DNA of 64,000 nucleotides from Vicugna vicugna (lineage: Eukaryota): assembly GCA_013265495.1 (NCBI GenBank), contig MU058781.1, positions 10,769,009-10,833,008 of the forward strand, read 5' to 3'. Made by a program: the position numbers and the translations under genes. The notes below the pieces were generated by a model, which saw only the letters and a list, made by a program, of their open reading frames with translations, had not been told where the DNA came from and did no database searches. This document shows positions 51,140 through 64,000 of this stretch, piece after piece; the stretch's first letter is position 1; each line of letters begins with the position of its first letter.

Positions 51140-51262
51140 GTGTTAAAATGCAAATAAATTCTGGGTTAGCAGGTCTGGGTGGAGCCTGAGGTTTGGCATT
51201 TCTGACAAACTCTCAGGTAATGCCTGTGTTGCTGGTTCTTGAAACACACTTTGAGTAAGAAA
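51140..51262. mobile_element. MER5A-like fragment
   Basis: gcaggtctgggtggagcctgaggtttggcatttctgacaaactctcaggtaatgc...cacactttgagtaag. Confidence 0.78.
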
Positions 51263-53509
51263 ACCGTAGAAGATGTCTAATAAATAGAAATTTCTTTGTC
51301 TTCCAGTGATTGTTAAGTGCCCATAGATATTTAGTGCCTATCAGAATGGCTCTCTGGGCAGTGGCACAGATGGTCCACTTCTTAATCTGGCTCTTGTGGT
51401 GATAATTAAGTTAAGCAACATAAGTGAAAACACTCTCCACATAATAAGTGCACAATTAATGTTATTTTTATCTAGTGGAAAGTTAACTGACTTGAATAAA
51501 AACTGAATTACTGATGATGAAACTATCAAAATCATGTCTTAGTTAAAATGCATTCTTAAACACACTGGACTTCTCACGTCTTTATGTTCAAAATGGGATC
51601 TGGTAACATATGGTGCACTTTCTTTGTGTTCAGCATTATGTAAAACACTGAGAGGACAAAAACAGTTCTGCAGAACAGTCTCTTCCCTCAAGGATCTCCA
51701 ATACAGTTGAAAGAGTGAGAAAAATAATTAAAGAGAATATAATTAGCTGCTAATTAGGATGATAACACGTTAATGACTATAAGGGATCAGAGGCAAGTGA
51801 GATCATTGAGGTCTGGTGTTGGTTCCCTGTTCTACATCCCACTATGGGCAGGCCTGAGGAAGGCAAGAAGACTAGCTAAGGCTCTGGCTACCTTGATTTC
51901 TTTTATTTCCAACCCAACTACAGAGTGCAAGGACTATCAGCTTCCATTTTCCCCCAGTGTGGCATTTCCTGCTTGCGGCAGTGTCTGGGGAATAGATGAG
52001 GCCATGCAGGTGTGCAGCCACATGATTCACTGACCATATAGATCTGTCAGGAGGCAATGGAAGAAGCTACAGGGCTGCAATTTTATAAATATGTACTCTT
52101 TTGTCCTCTTCCCGCCTCCACCCAGGTTTCTCCTGAGAACTGATCTTGGGATACATACAGTGCTTCATATTTCCGCTCCTCTTCTAGTAAAAACAGAGGT
52201 TTGATAGTTGAGTCTACTTTGTTTGGTGTTTCTGTAGTCCTTTGATGATAATGCAAGTACTAATTAGTTTCCTTCTAAGTCTGACCAAACCATAATATTG
52301 TCAAAATTACACAAAAAGTAAAACCCAACATTTACTTTTCATCTGCTGTTAGGTTTAAACTGGTCTTACTAATGTTCTTTTACTTTTATGGTTTGTGTTT
52401 CTCCTTGCATTTTTAGATGTGGGTCTACCTATTTCTAGAATACTATTTGAATTTGAATATAATCATATATTTTATCAACAATATTACTGCTCATCATTTT
52501 AGTTTCTAGTACCTGGAATAGTCAAGAAAATCTTCATGAAAAAGATGAGCCTTGGACTAAGACTTAAAAAGTAGGTAAGGCTTCAGAGGACCAACTGGGG
52601 AAGGGAGGTGTGACAACATTCCAGCTAAGTAGAACAGCAACAATGTTCAGGTAGAAAAGGACATTTAATTAAAGCGCATAGAACATATTGAGGTCAAATA
52701 AAGTATAGGTTTAATGGAATATATGAGACTCGGTAGGGGAAGACTTCAATTGCTGGAAGTAGTCTTGACTTGAGTCAGGAAAAAAAACATATCCTGAGTA
52801 ATTTCAGGGAGTGACATGATAAATGTTTATGGAAAATGAAACCTGAATTTATAGAAACTTAAATTTTGGGGGTTAATTCATACATGACATAATTTGGACC
52901 CAGGGTAGAGTTTGGAATTAGATAAGGGGACAAGAAAGCAGAAGGAAATGAGTTGCTGTACATCCTTATCCATTTCATACAGCTGGTATGCAATGTCACT
53001 ATGTGGATAACAGTTGCCACTTGAAGCATCTAGCAACTTCATAGGTACTCTCAGGATACCTTATTTTCCATAATTCTAGAGTGGAATAAGTTAAATTTAT
53101 GAGTTGCTCAAATCTTCAACAGACAGCATTTGGGCACATGCATGTCTTTGGAACAAGAATGTCACAAACATCTCAGTTCTAAAGAATCTAAGACAAATCT
53201 GTAGTTTGGGATAATTAGATAGCCAGATTCTTGAAATACTAGAGGCAGAACTTGGACCTAATGGATTCTCAGCACCTTTAACTATACATCCTTTCATCTC
53301 CCATTGCTAGAAGACCCTCTGCAAGAATCTTGATTTTTTTTTGTGCACTATGTTTGAATGGAAGGCATTTAACAAAAAGTCTTAGAAATGTATTTCCAAT
53401 CTACTGTTTACCTGCCAAAAGCAAGTGGTGAATCTAAACTCTTACCACATCCTACCTTAAACTCTTCATACACTACCACCAAACCATTTGTAATTTACTA
53501 CATACTCTC

Positions 53510-53930
53510 CTAGACTCTTTCTCCTCCATGTATTCTATCCTGCTCACCCATATGCCTGGAATTTCCTTCCCTTGTTGACTTTATGTCTCAGTTCCTATTA
53601 AATAATTCATCTTTCCTAAAGTAAAAGATACTCCTTTCCTATCTATTTTTTACCTTCTAACTTCTACTGGTCAATTCATTCTTTGGGATTCACCTTAACC
53701 TCGACATCCTCTGACCTTCTGCAGGTGTTGCTCTCTCACTTCTGCACCTGCATATATATATATATCCATGAAAGCATGTAACCACAATTATTGCAACTAC
53801 CTCCTTGTGAGTCTCCTCCACTGTGAATTCCTTCAGGGAAAAAAATTTTGTTTTCCCAGCATATAATAGAGTACCTAGCAAACAGTCAGTGTTCAATAAA
53901 GATTTGCTGCTTGAATGACTGAATGAGTGC
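53510..53930 (+). mobile_element. L2 3' fragment
   Basis: ccactgtgaattccttcaggg...tccccagcat...gttcaataaagatttgctgcttgaatgactgaatga. Confidence 0.7.
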
Positions 53931-54269
53931 TTGTGTTCACTGTGATTACGACAAATGTTACCATTGTAAATATGAAGAGCAGTCCCATCTAGCCTTTTGA
54001 GTCATAATTTGGAACTCCCACCTCATTGTGAAATTCGTTTAGTTCTTATCATACTTTCACATACAAACTATAAAGTTCAAGCAGAAGTTTCACCTTCAGG
54101 GATTTTGGAAACAACTATAAAATAGTGTGATCAAAGCAGGAATTTCTCCCCCAAAATACTTCCCAACAATCTAGGAACAGATATCAATCTCTAGGAATAA
54201 TTTCAGAAAAACTAGCAACTCTAGATAGATACACAAATTAGATACATTTCTGAAGACACCATAGTAGCA

Positions 54270-54500
54270 ATGCAGTGGTTAAGACTTAACCTGTCTTAGA
54301 TTCATGATCACCTTGATTAGAATTCTCATTCTGACAATCACTACCTGAATATAATCAACAACAAAAAAATCTAATTTTTCTATGTCTCAGTTTTCTCATC
54401 TCCAAAATGGAAGTGATAATATCTAACCCCTGGGATTGTTAGGACTCAGTGTGTTAATACCCATTCACGGCATTCAGAATAGCATCTGATCAAGAGTAAT
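54270..54500 (+). mobile_element. MIR SINE
   Basis: gcagtggttaaga...tctatgtctcagttttctcatctccaaaatggaagtgataat. Confidence 0.7.
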
Positions 54501-54619
54501 CATTCAGTCAATATTCTGGGGAGAGATAGTGGTTGTAGCAGTATTATTATTCTTCACTTGGAAAAGTATATTGAAAACCCAGCAATTTGGAAAGCATGCA
54601 TTTAAACATGGGTTTAGGA

Positions 54620-55048
54620 GAAAGAACATCACCCACTCCAGTTGTGAGGAAAAAAACAGACAAATTCCAATTGAGAGACATTTGCAAAGTACCTGACCAG
54701 TACTCCTCAAAACTGTCTAGGTCATCAAAAAGGGAAAAATGAGAAAAACCACAGCAAAGAGTTTACTAAGGTTACATGATGACTAAATGTACTGCAATAT
54801 CCTGGATTGGTTCCTAAAACATAAAACATTAGGTGAAAACTAAGGAAATCTGAATAGAGTATGGACTTTATTTAATAATAAAGTATCAGTACAGTTTCAT
54901 TAATTGTGACAAATGTGCCATATTAGTAAAATATTTGTAATAAGGGAAACTAGCATGGAGTATACAGGAACCGTTCTCTCTACTATCTCTGCAATTTTTA
55001 TGTAAATATAAAATAATTTTTAAAATAAAAGTCTATTTTTTAAAAAAA
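54620..55048 (+). mobile_element. L1MC/L1MD-type 3' UTR
   Basis: cagacaaattccaattgagagacatt...cctgaccagtactcctcaaaactgtc...actaaggaaatctgaatagagtatggacttta...aaaataaaagtctattttt. Confidence 0.85.
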
Positions 55049-57954
55049 GATAACTAACAACCTTAAACTACTACTTAAAATAATTTCAATATTTAAACTA
55101 CTAAAAGTGAAATAATTTCGAGTTTCCTGTATATACATGACTCCTATTAAAAACTCAAAAATGTTTATTATATTTATTATGAAGTTTTCATAAGTAATGC
55201 ATTATTTTATTAAATTCTATTTAAGAAACTATTACATTAATAAATACAGTTAATAATGACAGCAGTGATATAACTTTGAAGATAATTAGGGAATTTGGCC
55301 CAGTTGCCCAAAAATTTAGGATTAGCTTCATGAATGGTTATGTCTGAAGCTGACCACATGGTGTGCAATGGTTTCTATTATCACTGATTGAGGTGTGAGT
55401 ACTCATATAACCATAATGTGCTTTTTTTTATTACAGTCCATAATGGAAATGCTTTTTTTTTTTATAATTGAACCTTTCTGTATGGGAGAATCTCATACAG
55501 CAGAGGAACTGAATATTTCAAGAATACAATGGAAGTTCAGTGTAAGATTTTACAAGGGACCGCAAGTTTGAAATACAGACAGGGAAGCAGGCTAACTGAG
55601 AAATGAATTGCCAATTGGTTTTCTCTCCTGTTGGTCTCACAGGAGATACAGCAAGCTGAGAAAATCCAGTTGTACTCTTGCCAAAGAATCTCGTATGTCA
55701 GAGAAAACATGCTCTGAGTAGGATTCTGTTTCAATAAAAGAGGTCAAAACATGCTTTCATTATAAGCATGTGTGTATGTATGCAGTATAAGGAGGGAAAT
55801 ATTAAAATAAAAGGCTAAACTCAGAACTCTTTCATCTCAGGATATTTTTCTATAATGCCCTAAAAATAAAATGCTCCCACATAAAAATGTGAAATCAAGA
55901 CATCAGTACATCTGCTCTAACAAGATTTATATCTGCTATTAATTGTACATCAGACAAACAGCCAAACTTTCATACAAATCTGAATATAAACCCATTTTAA
56001 ATATGAGTATTACTATTGGATAACATACTTTTCCCACTGGGAGTATTGATTTAAAGATTTAAAATTCTTCAAAGTGATCTACACACTTAAGTAATTTTTT
56101 TGTAAACTTAAATTTGAACTCAATTAGGACCTGACATATTGGTGATGATGGAAAGGTCACAGATGCATAGGAATCATCTATGCAGAGGTATTAGGTGAAA
56201 ACCTAGGATTGGATGTCATCATAGCGGGAAGAAACCATAGCTAGCAGAAAGCCAAGTACAGATCCTTAGGAAAAATCCATCTTTAAATGACAGGAGAAAA
56301 AAAATAAAACCAGAAAAGTAGAAAGAGCCATAACTTTGAGAGTGGAAAGAGCAGCCAAAATGTAAAGCTCATTTCCACTATTTCCTGAGTGAACATTAAC
56401 CCTTTGACTTTGTTCGCCCATCTGAAAATAAGGGAAATAATTTTTATTTTACCAGCTCAAAGATAATATTAATATAATGTATGTAAAGTGCTTAGCTCAG
56501 TTCATTGTACAAAGTAAACACCAAATGTTAGTTTCCTTCTTCATGAACACTTTTCTTGAAAATGAAAGTGATCACGGAAATCAATACTGAAATGTTATTA
56601 AAGAGTCATTGAATAATAGAACTCAGGGAAACAACATTGATTTTTAAAGAAAGGCTTAGTATTTCCATGGAGCATTTTATGCAGGACCAATTTTACTCAC
56701 AGCCAACAAATTGTGACTATATCCCAGTTTTCTCAGGGCTAGCTTTGATCTCACTGAATTAGAGTCACATTGAATGAGGAAGATGTGTTTGTAATTAGGG
56801 AGAGAGTATTATATCTTAAATTCAGAAACTCCTCAGAGGAGCGTCTTTGTTGCCAATGACTTCTGGTCATTCTGTTGGTCCTATTTGAGAATATACATCC
56901 AAAACTAAAACCAACTTGGCAAAATTTAGAAAATCCAAATATATTCAAAGAATCAAACTAAAGGAACTGGAAAAGAAGTTAAGTAACACAATACGTCTGT
57001 GTAAAGGATGTAAAACTTCAGCTGCTCTTGGATTTGTTAAATGCCTGTTTTCCTTTTAAAATACTTTTGGGAATAGGCAAAACCCAAAAGGTGTTTTACT
57101 AAGCACTTTTTCCGTTCATGTAGAAATGTCCCAGAGGAAATTTAATCTCCATGTTTCTGATACTTTCACACTTAACATCAAAGAATTGTTTTGTAAGAGT
57201 TATTTGATATATTAAGAGGCTTTTTTGAGCTCTTTTCCAAGGCTTTCAAATTGTTTTTCTTGGAAAAAAAATGTACTCACATTTAACCAAGGGGAAACTA
57301 ATTCATACACCACTAAGTTCAAATTCAGTTCAAAATTCTGATGCCAAATTATCCAAACAAATAAAAGCCTTTCCTGGTTAGAAAATAATAACAATTTCTT
57401 TTTTATATAACATTTCAGTTAAACACCCCTACTTTACAGCAGATACATTTTCTTTATTACTTTATTACTGTACTAATTTCATACACACCATTACAGAAAG
57501 AGGTAACTCCTAATATCATGGAAGTGAGAGCATCACATGTTCTGGTATGTTGCTCTTATGAACTGAAGATGAATGAATGACTTCACACAAATTTGCAGCA
57601 AGTAAAAAGGGTGAGTGGAAGATAACAGGAACTTTACTAGTAACACCTGGTTGAATACCTGACAGTTACTAAAGTTCTCTTCACCAGGAGCAAAGAGATT
57701 TAATCTTTATTTTTAAAAATCATTATGGCTTTGGACTTTTCTAATCTTCAACCCAGAAATATCCAGACACCATCATCTGCTATCTAGACTACAAAAATAG
57801 CCTAGTTGTTAGTCTCCACAATTTTTATTTCTTCTGTTCATAAAGCAACCAGCTCTCTTATCCACCACAAACCTTCAGTCCATTCTTCATAGAACAGCCA
57901 GTATTATTTCCCTAAAATTAAAATCCTCTGATCCTCTTTAAGACAATTAGTGAC

Positions 57955-58244
57955 TGCTATAGATTGACATCTGTGTTCCCCCAAAATGTGCACCTTGAAG
58001 CCTAATTCTCAATATGATGGTTTTCGGAGGTAAGGCTTTGGGGAAGTGACTCAATCATCAGGGCAGAGAGAATCCAGAGCGTTCCCTCTTCCCTTCTTTC
58101 ATGTGAGGACAAAGTGAACCCTCATATCTTCAGGTGCCTTGATCTTGAACTTCTCAGCCTTGAGAATTGTGACAAATAAATTTCTGTTGTTTATAAACCA
58201 TCCAGGCTATGGTATTATTATAACAGCCCAAATAGACTAAGACA
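57955..58244 (+). mobile_element. MLT1A-like ERVL-MaLR LTR
   Basis: TG start, ends aataaatttctgttgtttataa...aacagcccaaatagactaagaca; degenerate 5-bp flanks GTGAC/ACGAC. Confidence 0.88.
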
Positions 58245-58689
58245 ACGACTATCTATTTTCCAAAAAAAAAAAAAAAAACACTAAATTCCTTGATGCAGCC
58301 TACCCCTCCATTACAAATCCTGAGCCTTGCTGACCTTCTCTGTGATGAACCATGAAAAGGGCAACTGCTGGAATCAGTGCCTTTGCATATGCTTTCCTTT
58401 CGCCTGGACTGTGCCTACCCACCCTTTTGCCCCAGTCAACCACTACTCATTATTTGAGCTTTCTTACCAAGCTCTGCTACAGAGCAGCCTTCTCTCACCA
58501 TCATGCATCCTGTTTCACATTCACTGAGCATGTTTTCAAGGTACTTTAAAAAACTGTCAATCCAGTTTGGAGTTTTTTCAATGTTTCAATAATTGAACTG
58601 AGCTTAGCTCTGGAGCTCCATTTTGATTCATTGCAGAAAATGTAGTCTAATAATATCCAGATAAACCAAAGTAATTTCTCTTTTAATAA

Positions 58690-60375
58690 GTCTCCAGGCA
58701 TATTATCCTCTATTCTTCTTCACTTGTGCCTATGATCAAACTCCCAGGAGGCTCATCTTATATTCAGGTATTGATGGCAGAGGATGTGTGCTTCACCTTC
58801 TTGGTGAAGAAATTCATTTTATTGACTCTTTCTTTAGCAACTATAGTCCCTCTGTACCTGCCACAGTTCCACATGTTCATGCAAACTATTTTGAGCTTCC
58901 TCTGGGCCTCTATGGCTAACCATCTGGAGAAATCTCTTTGCTTCCTGTCAAGATCTGTTTCTGAATAATATAAGACATAGTAACTACTGCCACTGTTATT
59001 ATAGCATGTGTGTGTGTATAGGAGGTTGTCTCAACATATGTGTCCAATAACACCATGCAGCCATTTTCACTCTACAATATTGCCACAGAATGGAAATAAC
59101 TTTTCTTTGAAAATTCCATTTTTCTTGGTCTTGACCCTGAGAGTAAAGTTCACTTTTGCTTTAGGATATCTGCCAATTTATATGTAATAGTATCCTTACT
59201 TCTAAAACTTGGGGCTCTACCCAGAGAGAATCCAACGAGTTCTACTGGGAATTGGGTTTCTTTCTATATGATAGGAGAGGTTACCTAAAGCAAGTTGTCT
59301 TAGAATAATTGGGGAAAAAAAATATCATGACATACTCAAGAACATTGGATCTTTTAAAAATTTCACCATGATGATAGATCCCAGAATTTTTTGTGGTATT
59401 TATTTCCCATCCTCTAACAAACATCTAGAGTAACTGCCACTTGCTGCTTATTTGGTCCAATAAGCATAGGATCAACAATATAATATAATGAACCAACACG
59501 ATGTCCTGTGAAATAGAAGAGTGACCATGGTCCCAGGACTAGATTATGACATAGGGTTGGAGACTTGATATAGCCCTGTGGTAGAACAGGTACTGTTGGT
59601 CCTATCAGCTGGAAGCAATCCCCCTACCCCAACATCTTTACTGAACAGATACATAGAGAGAGATAGAGCTATTGATCATCAGATCAATAGCTCTGATAGC
59701 TGATCATAATCATTCATAAAAGGTTACATTGATTTGATCCAACAACAAAATCACGTCTGGAGCAGCAGCTGTAATTGGAGTAACCAGTTGAGTTACAAAA
59801 TCCAATGTTATTTTCTAATATTGATCTGCCTTCTCCACAGGCCAAATAGGTGGGCTGATGGGGATGGGATGGGAATCACTATTTCTTGATGGTGGGGTGG
59901 CACAATCTTTACCATTTCTGCGGGAATGTGGTTTTGTGTTGGGCTGAGTATTTTAAAGGTAGAGGCAGTTACAATTGCCTCCGCTTGGTCTTTCCTATCA
60001 AAATAGCCCACATTCTATGTGACAGGGGATTCTGTCATTCTGACTATTGCAATTATACATTCTGGATTGGGAGAAATAACCACAGAGCAGAACATGGGAC
60101 CCATTGGACCCACTTTGAAATGGACATGAGCCAAAACGCCAATGATTACTTAACCTCCATAAGCCCCTAGTGTGACTGGTGTAACACAGTGATTTCCAGT
60201 AATTACTGAAAAGTTGACTTATTTTTCCTTCATTCTGGTAAGTAACTACAGGTCCCTTTGTGAAAGGCTAGGAGTAAGATAAACAGTAAAATTTTGGCAG
60301 TGTAATGAGGGCCTTCCTCAATGAGATCTGGTATCCTCTTCATCTAAGAAGCTCTGAGGCCCAAGCTGGCCCTAG
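58690..60375 (-). mobile_element. Decayed ERVL internal region (protease/RT/RNase H of pol)
   Basis: Minus-strand peptides VLPQGYIKSPTLCHNLV (59537-59587), QLVTPITAAAPDVILLLDQINVTF (about 59719-59790) and a disrupted VHYI..D.MLIGP match ERVL RT motifs; many stops and frameshifts. Confidence 0.88.
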
Positions 60376-60482
60376 CAATTATTAGAACTAATAAATGAGT
60401 TTGTCAAGGTTGCAAGGTATAAGAATGGTATACAAAAATCAATTGTATTAAGTTACCTTAGCAACAAAACATTTAAAAATTA
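60376..60482 (+). mobile_element. Short L1 ORF2 (RT) fragment
   Basis: attagaactaataaatgagtttgtcaaggttgcaaggtataag...atacaaaaatcaattgtatt. Confidence 0.75.
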
Positions 60483-61006
60483 TTCCTTTTTCCTTAAGAT
60501 CCATTCACACACACATCCCCCAGATTTTGCTGATATAAATTGGCAAAACCATGCAATTTTTTTGGTGTCTATAATACTTCTCACTGTAAAAAAAAAATCT
60601 TACTCCCTGGGCCTTGTTGGACCTCAGTCTACTTAAAGGTCTACAAGCAAGGAGAGAAAATGAAGGTTGCTACTGAGGAGATCAGCAGTCCCTTGCAAGG
60701 CAACTACTTAGAGCAGGTTATTATAAGTCTTTAGGGAAGGACTAACAAATTAATTGATAAATTGGTTAATTAGCTTTCTGTGGTACACAGCCATCTCTAG
60801 TAATAGATTTTGAGTTTAGTTTTCAGAAATCTCAGCCTTACGATTGTAGACGGAAAAGGTTTCTGAGGGGAAATCACAGAAGTTTTCATGTCTCTTACAG
60901 GGACTGTGAGCAGGGAATTAAAAGCACTGAGTTCCTAAATCTTCCCCTAAGTTTTCCAGCACACTTAGAATCAACCAGCTTTCCCTATCATACTCCTTAT
61001 TTTCAA

Positions 61007-61025
61007 ACACACACACACACACACA
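61007..61025. repeat. (AC)9 microsatellite
   Basis: Direct dinucleotide run. Confidence 0.9.
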
Positions 61026-61194
61026 AATATTCTATAACAGTAAATACCTGGTCAACCAAAGACATTCCTTCAACAGGCACTTGACAACAGTGTCTAGAGG
61101 TAACAATAATTTGCATAAGTGCATTGCCACTGAATGTCACTCAGTTTTGAAGAAAAATGTCAAAGAATTTGTGGAAATGTTTTAAATCATCACA

Positions 61195-61936
61195 TAAACT
61201 TACTAGCAATTCTACTCATACATTTACTGAAATGAAAGAAAGCATATGCTCACAAAAAGAGATCTATAAAAATGATCATGGTCGTTTTACTCAAAACAGT
61301 AAAAAAAATTGGAAAGAGTTCACACGTCCATCAACAGGAGAATGAATAAGCATATTGGTATATTCATGCAGTGTAATATCACTCACAGATAAAAAGAAAC
61401 TATTGATTATGTAAATTATAAGAATGCTCAAAATGTTATGCCAAATAAAACAAGGCTTGCATGTTTGATTTTCTGTGTATGAATCCATGTTTATAAAGTT
61501 CTAGAACAGGCTAAACAATACTACATAAACAAAAGCAGAACAGTGGTTGTTTTTGAAGATTGGAAGAGGAGGACATACTGTGATGTGCATTAGGGAATTT
61601 TCTGTCGCCATTATGATGCTCTATAATTTGATGGGGTATATTACACAAGTGTCCACATTTATCTAAACTCAGAGAAAGGAATGATCAATATTTGCATATG
61701 TAACTGTATATAAATTGCACTTAAAATGTAAACAAATATTAAACTTTATAATGATATACATTCGTACATGTTTAAGTGTGAAATCTTCTGCTGTCTGTAA
61801 CTTACTTTACATACATAAAAGTAAGATGGATTAGTGGATGGAGAGAGATATAGGGCTGGGTATATATGTGGTAAAGTAAATATAGAAAAATAGTAATAGT
61901 AGAATCCAGGTGGTACTTAAATCGGTTTTCATTGTC
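61195..61936 (+). mobile_element. Old L1ME-type 3' end
   Basis: ctagcaattctactc...gtccatcaacaggagaatgaataagc...aagttctagaacaggctaa...gtagaatccaggtgg. Confidence 0.75.
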
Positions 61937-61989
61937 TAGTTGTTTTGTCTTTTCCATGTTCGGAGCCAGTTTATAACAAAATGTTGAGG

Positions 61990-62270
61990 AAATGTATTTG
62001 CCTGGTTGGCTTGACCCCCTGAGATTCCTCCATCACGATTAGAAGAACACACCCTGATTTGCTCCCTGGTCTGAGGAAGATGAGGTTCATGTGGAGCAGA
62101 CCTGACCCCAGTCTGCAGCTTGGAGGCCAAGCTAGCCGAGTCCGGACTAGACCAGCCAACGGTCATCTGCATTGCAGATGGAAGAGTAAGAATAAATAAT
62201 TGCTGTTTTAAGTCTCTGAATTTTTGGATAGTTTGTTACATAATAACGTTATTGTGGCAAGAGCTAACCA
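61990..62270 (+). mobile_element. MLT1H/I-like LTR 3' part
   Basis: atgtggagcagacctgacccca...aataaataattgctgttttaagtctctgaatttttggatagtttgttac...ttattgtggcaagagctaac. Confidence 0.75.
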
Positions 62271-62389
62271 CATTGCCCAAGTAATTGTTTCCCCACATTA
62301 TCACTCTATAGAGAAGTTCTTGTATAATTGCTTCATTATGTGTTGTGCAGAGGAAATTAGTAGGCATAAACCATGCCTAATAGGACCTT

Positions 62390-62680
62390 GTTATGGAGAC
62401 ATAGAACAAGTGCATGGGCAGATGAGTAGCAGGTATGAAGCCAATGATATGAACACATTGGATATATTCCTACGCGACAGAATGGTTAAGCTACTTGCTT
62501 TACTGCAGAGGAAAATCAGTATCTGATAAGGTTTGATGAAATTTGAAAGCAACTTATAATCAGACTGGTGATGGTTTAGGTAAGAATGAATGGATGAACT
62601 CCCAATTGCCTTCATTATGATTTTGTAACTCTATGACTATATTATTGCTCAACCCAGAGACAGCCTGCCTCAGGGAGTGG
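62390..62680 (+). mobile_element. Possible very old CR1/L3 RT fragment
   Basis: Weak, ordered resemblance to L3 segments (agaacaagtgcatg, ttcctacgcgacaga, gtatctgataaggtttga, tcaacccagagacag). Confidence 0.3.
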
Positions 62681-63729
62681 GATAATAAATTATCTTCAAA
62701 AAATAAAAAATAAAGTATCTTCAACTACATGAGCTGCAGTGGTCAAGATGAGTCCAAATTGGAGGGGAAGTTCTGCGGAGTTTTAGAGAAAAGGAGAAAG
62801 TAGAGCTTTTGATTCTGATTCACGTCCAGCAACTCATCCAATTACATTTTAACTAGCCCTTCAAATTAATTTTGAACAATTTTGCAATCAGTCACTTCAT
62901 GTGTTGCCTCCTCTTTCTATATCTTGTCCTTCTTCTTCTAAGGTAGAACCCCAAAAATAGACTGTGGGTTGAAAAGTTGCAAAGTATGTTTCTCTCTCAC
63001 AGTTCATTAAAACCAACACTTGTTAGAAGGCTTTTAAAGGGTCCGAGAGCAGTCATGACCCTGGCCTGTAGGTATCACCTCGAAGGCACATCCATTTGAA
63101 TGGGCTCAGGCTCCATAGTCTGGAGTCTGAAAGACCCCTTCACCTCAAGGCCAATCATTTATCACCGCCGGCAGTCTCTCAGCCAAATAATTCAAAGTAA
63201 AGAGGAGCATTTTTACTGCTACAATAAAGACTGATCTCTGTACCTCAGACCTTTTTTCAGTTTGGGGAAAAGAATAAGATTAAAAAAAAAAAAACTCTAT
63301 GTTTCATGGTTCACATCCCCTACTACAAATTCAACTCAAGGCCCTTGAGAAGAGAAGATCACCCAGTTTGTCAACCCTTTGATCAGAGGACGAATTATAC
63401 CATAAACTGTAAGATCGAGGCAGCGCTGGATCCTTGGCAAAATTACCAAGTTGAATTTTAGTGTCTTTTCCTTTATCTTTTCAGCTCCTGCTGTTCTCCT
63501 TACACAACTCTCAACCTCATCGCCTCTGTGACCTCTTGTGGTTCCCTTTTCTCTAGGTGTCAGAAAAGCCCCTCCACCGCAGAGACTCCTCCTGGAACAA
63601 TGTATCTATGAGGTTTCCCTTTCCTACTTAACTTTACACCACACATTTCATTGTTTCTTTTTATTATCTACTACTATGCATAACTTACAAATTCAAACAC
63701 ACGTTTATTTTAGCCCCAAATAAATGTAT

Positions 63730-63960
63730 ATATGTGGTACAGGGGAAAGACTAGCTTAGAAATCTGATAGACCTAGGCTTGAATTTGGGTTTTAATAGTA
63801 GCTGTGTGATTTCTGAAGAAATGTCTGAAGTTTTTTCAATCATGTCTGAAAAAGGAAATAATATTTACTTTACAAGGTTATTGTGACTATTAAGAGCGAT
63901 ACTATACAAAGTGGCCAATAAAGGGTATAGTATTTAAATATATTAGTAAGAGTATATTAT
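63730..63960 (+). mobile_element. MIR SINE
   Basis: tgtggtacaggggaaaga...atagacctaggcttgaat...tagctgtgtgat...tactttacaaggttattgtgactattaa. Confidence 0.7.
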
Positions 63961-64000
63961 TACAATGGAAATATAAAGTATAGTCTATCTAAAACCTAAA

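Noticed and set aside
36850..60375. MLT2 LTR and ERVL pol as one provirus
   Set aside because: Opposite strands and more than 21 kb apart.
1..64000. The listed ORFs as protein-coding genes
   Set aside because: All are 132 aa or shorter, many start at non-ATG codons, and the only recognisable ones are L1 or ERV fossils.

Overview
AT-rich, CpG-depleted mammalian DNA, most likely camelid (alpaca/llama/camel): it carries a Vic-1-type tRNA-derived SINE. I recognise no protein-coding gene, RNA gene or CpG island, so this looks like a long intron or gene desert. Much of it is transposon fossils: one young 5'-truncated L1 with a perfect 16-bp TSD, several older L1M, L2 and MIR pieces, MER5/MER20/MER82 DNA elements, MLT1/MLT2 LTRs, a complete 594-bp solo LTR with a 4-bp TSD, and a decayed ERVL pol fragment. 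Most worth checking: an L1 keeping both termini but lacking its interior; a speculative phase-compatible chain of small plus-strand exon candidates; repeat-free islands rich in homeodomain/TALE/SOX motifs; perfect short hairpins, one copied from the ERVL RT catalytic motif. I found no convincing novel biological system. Repeat subfamily names come from recalled consensus sequences, not a search, and boundaries of old repeats are approximate.
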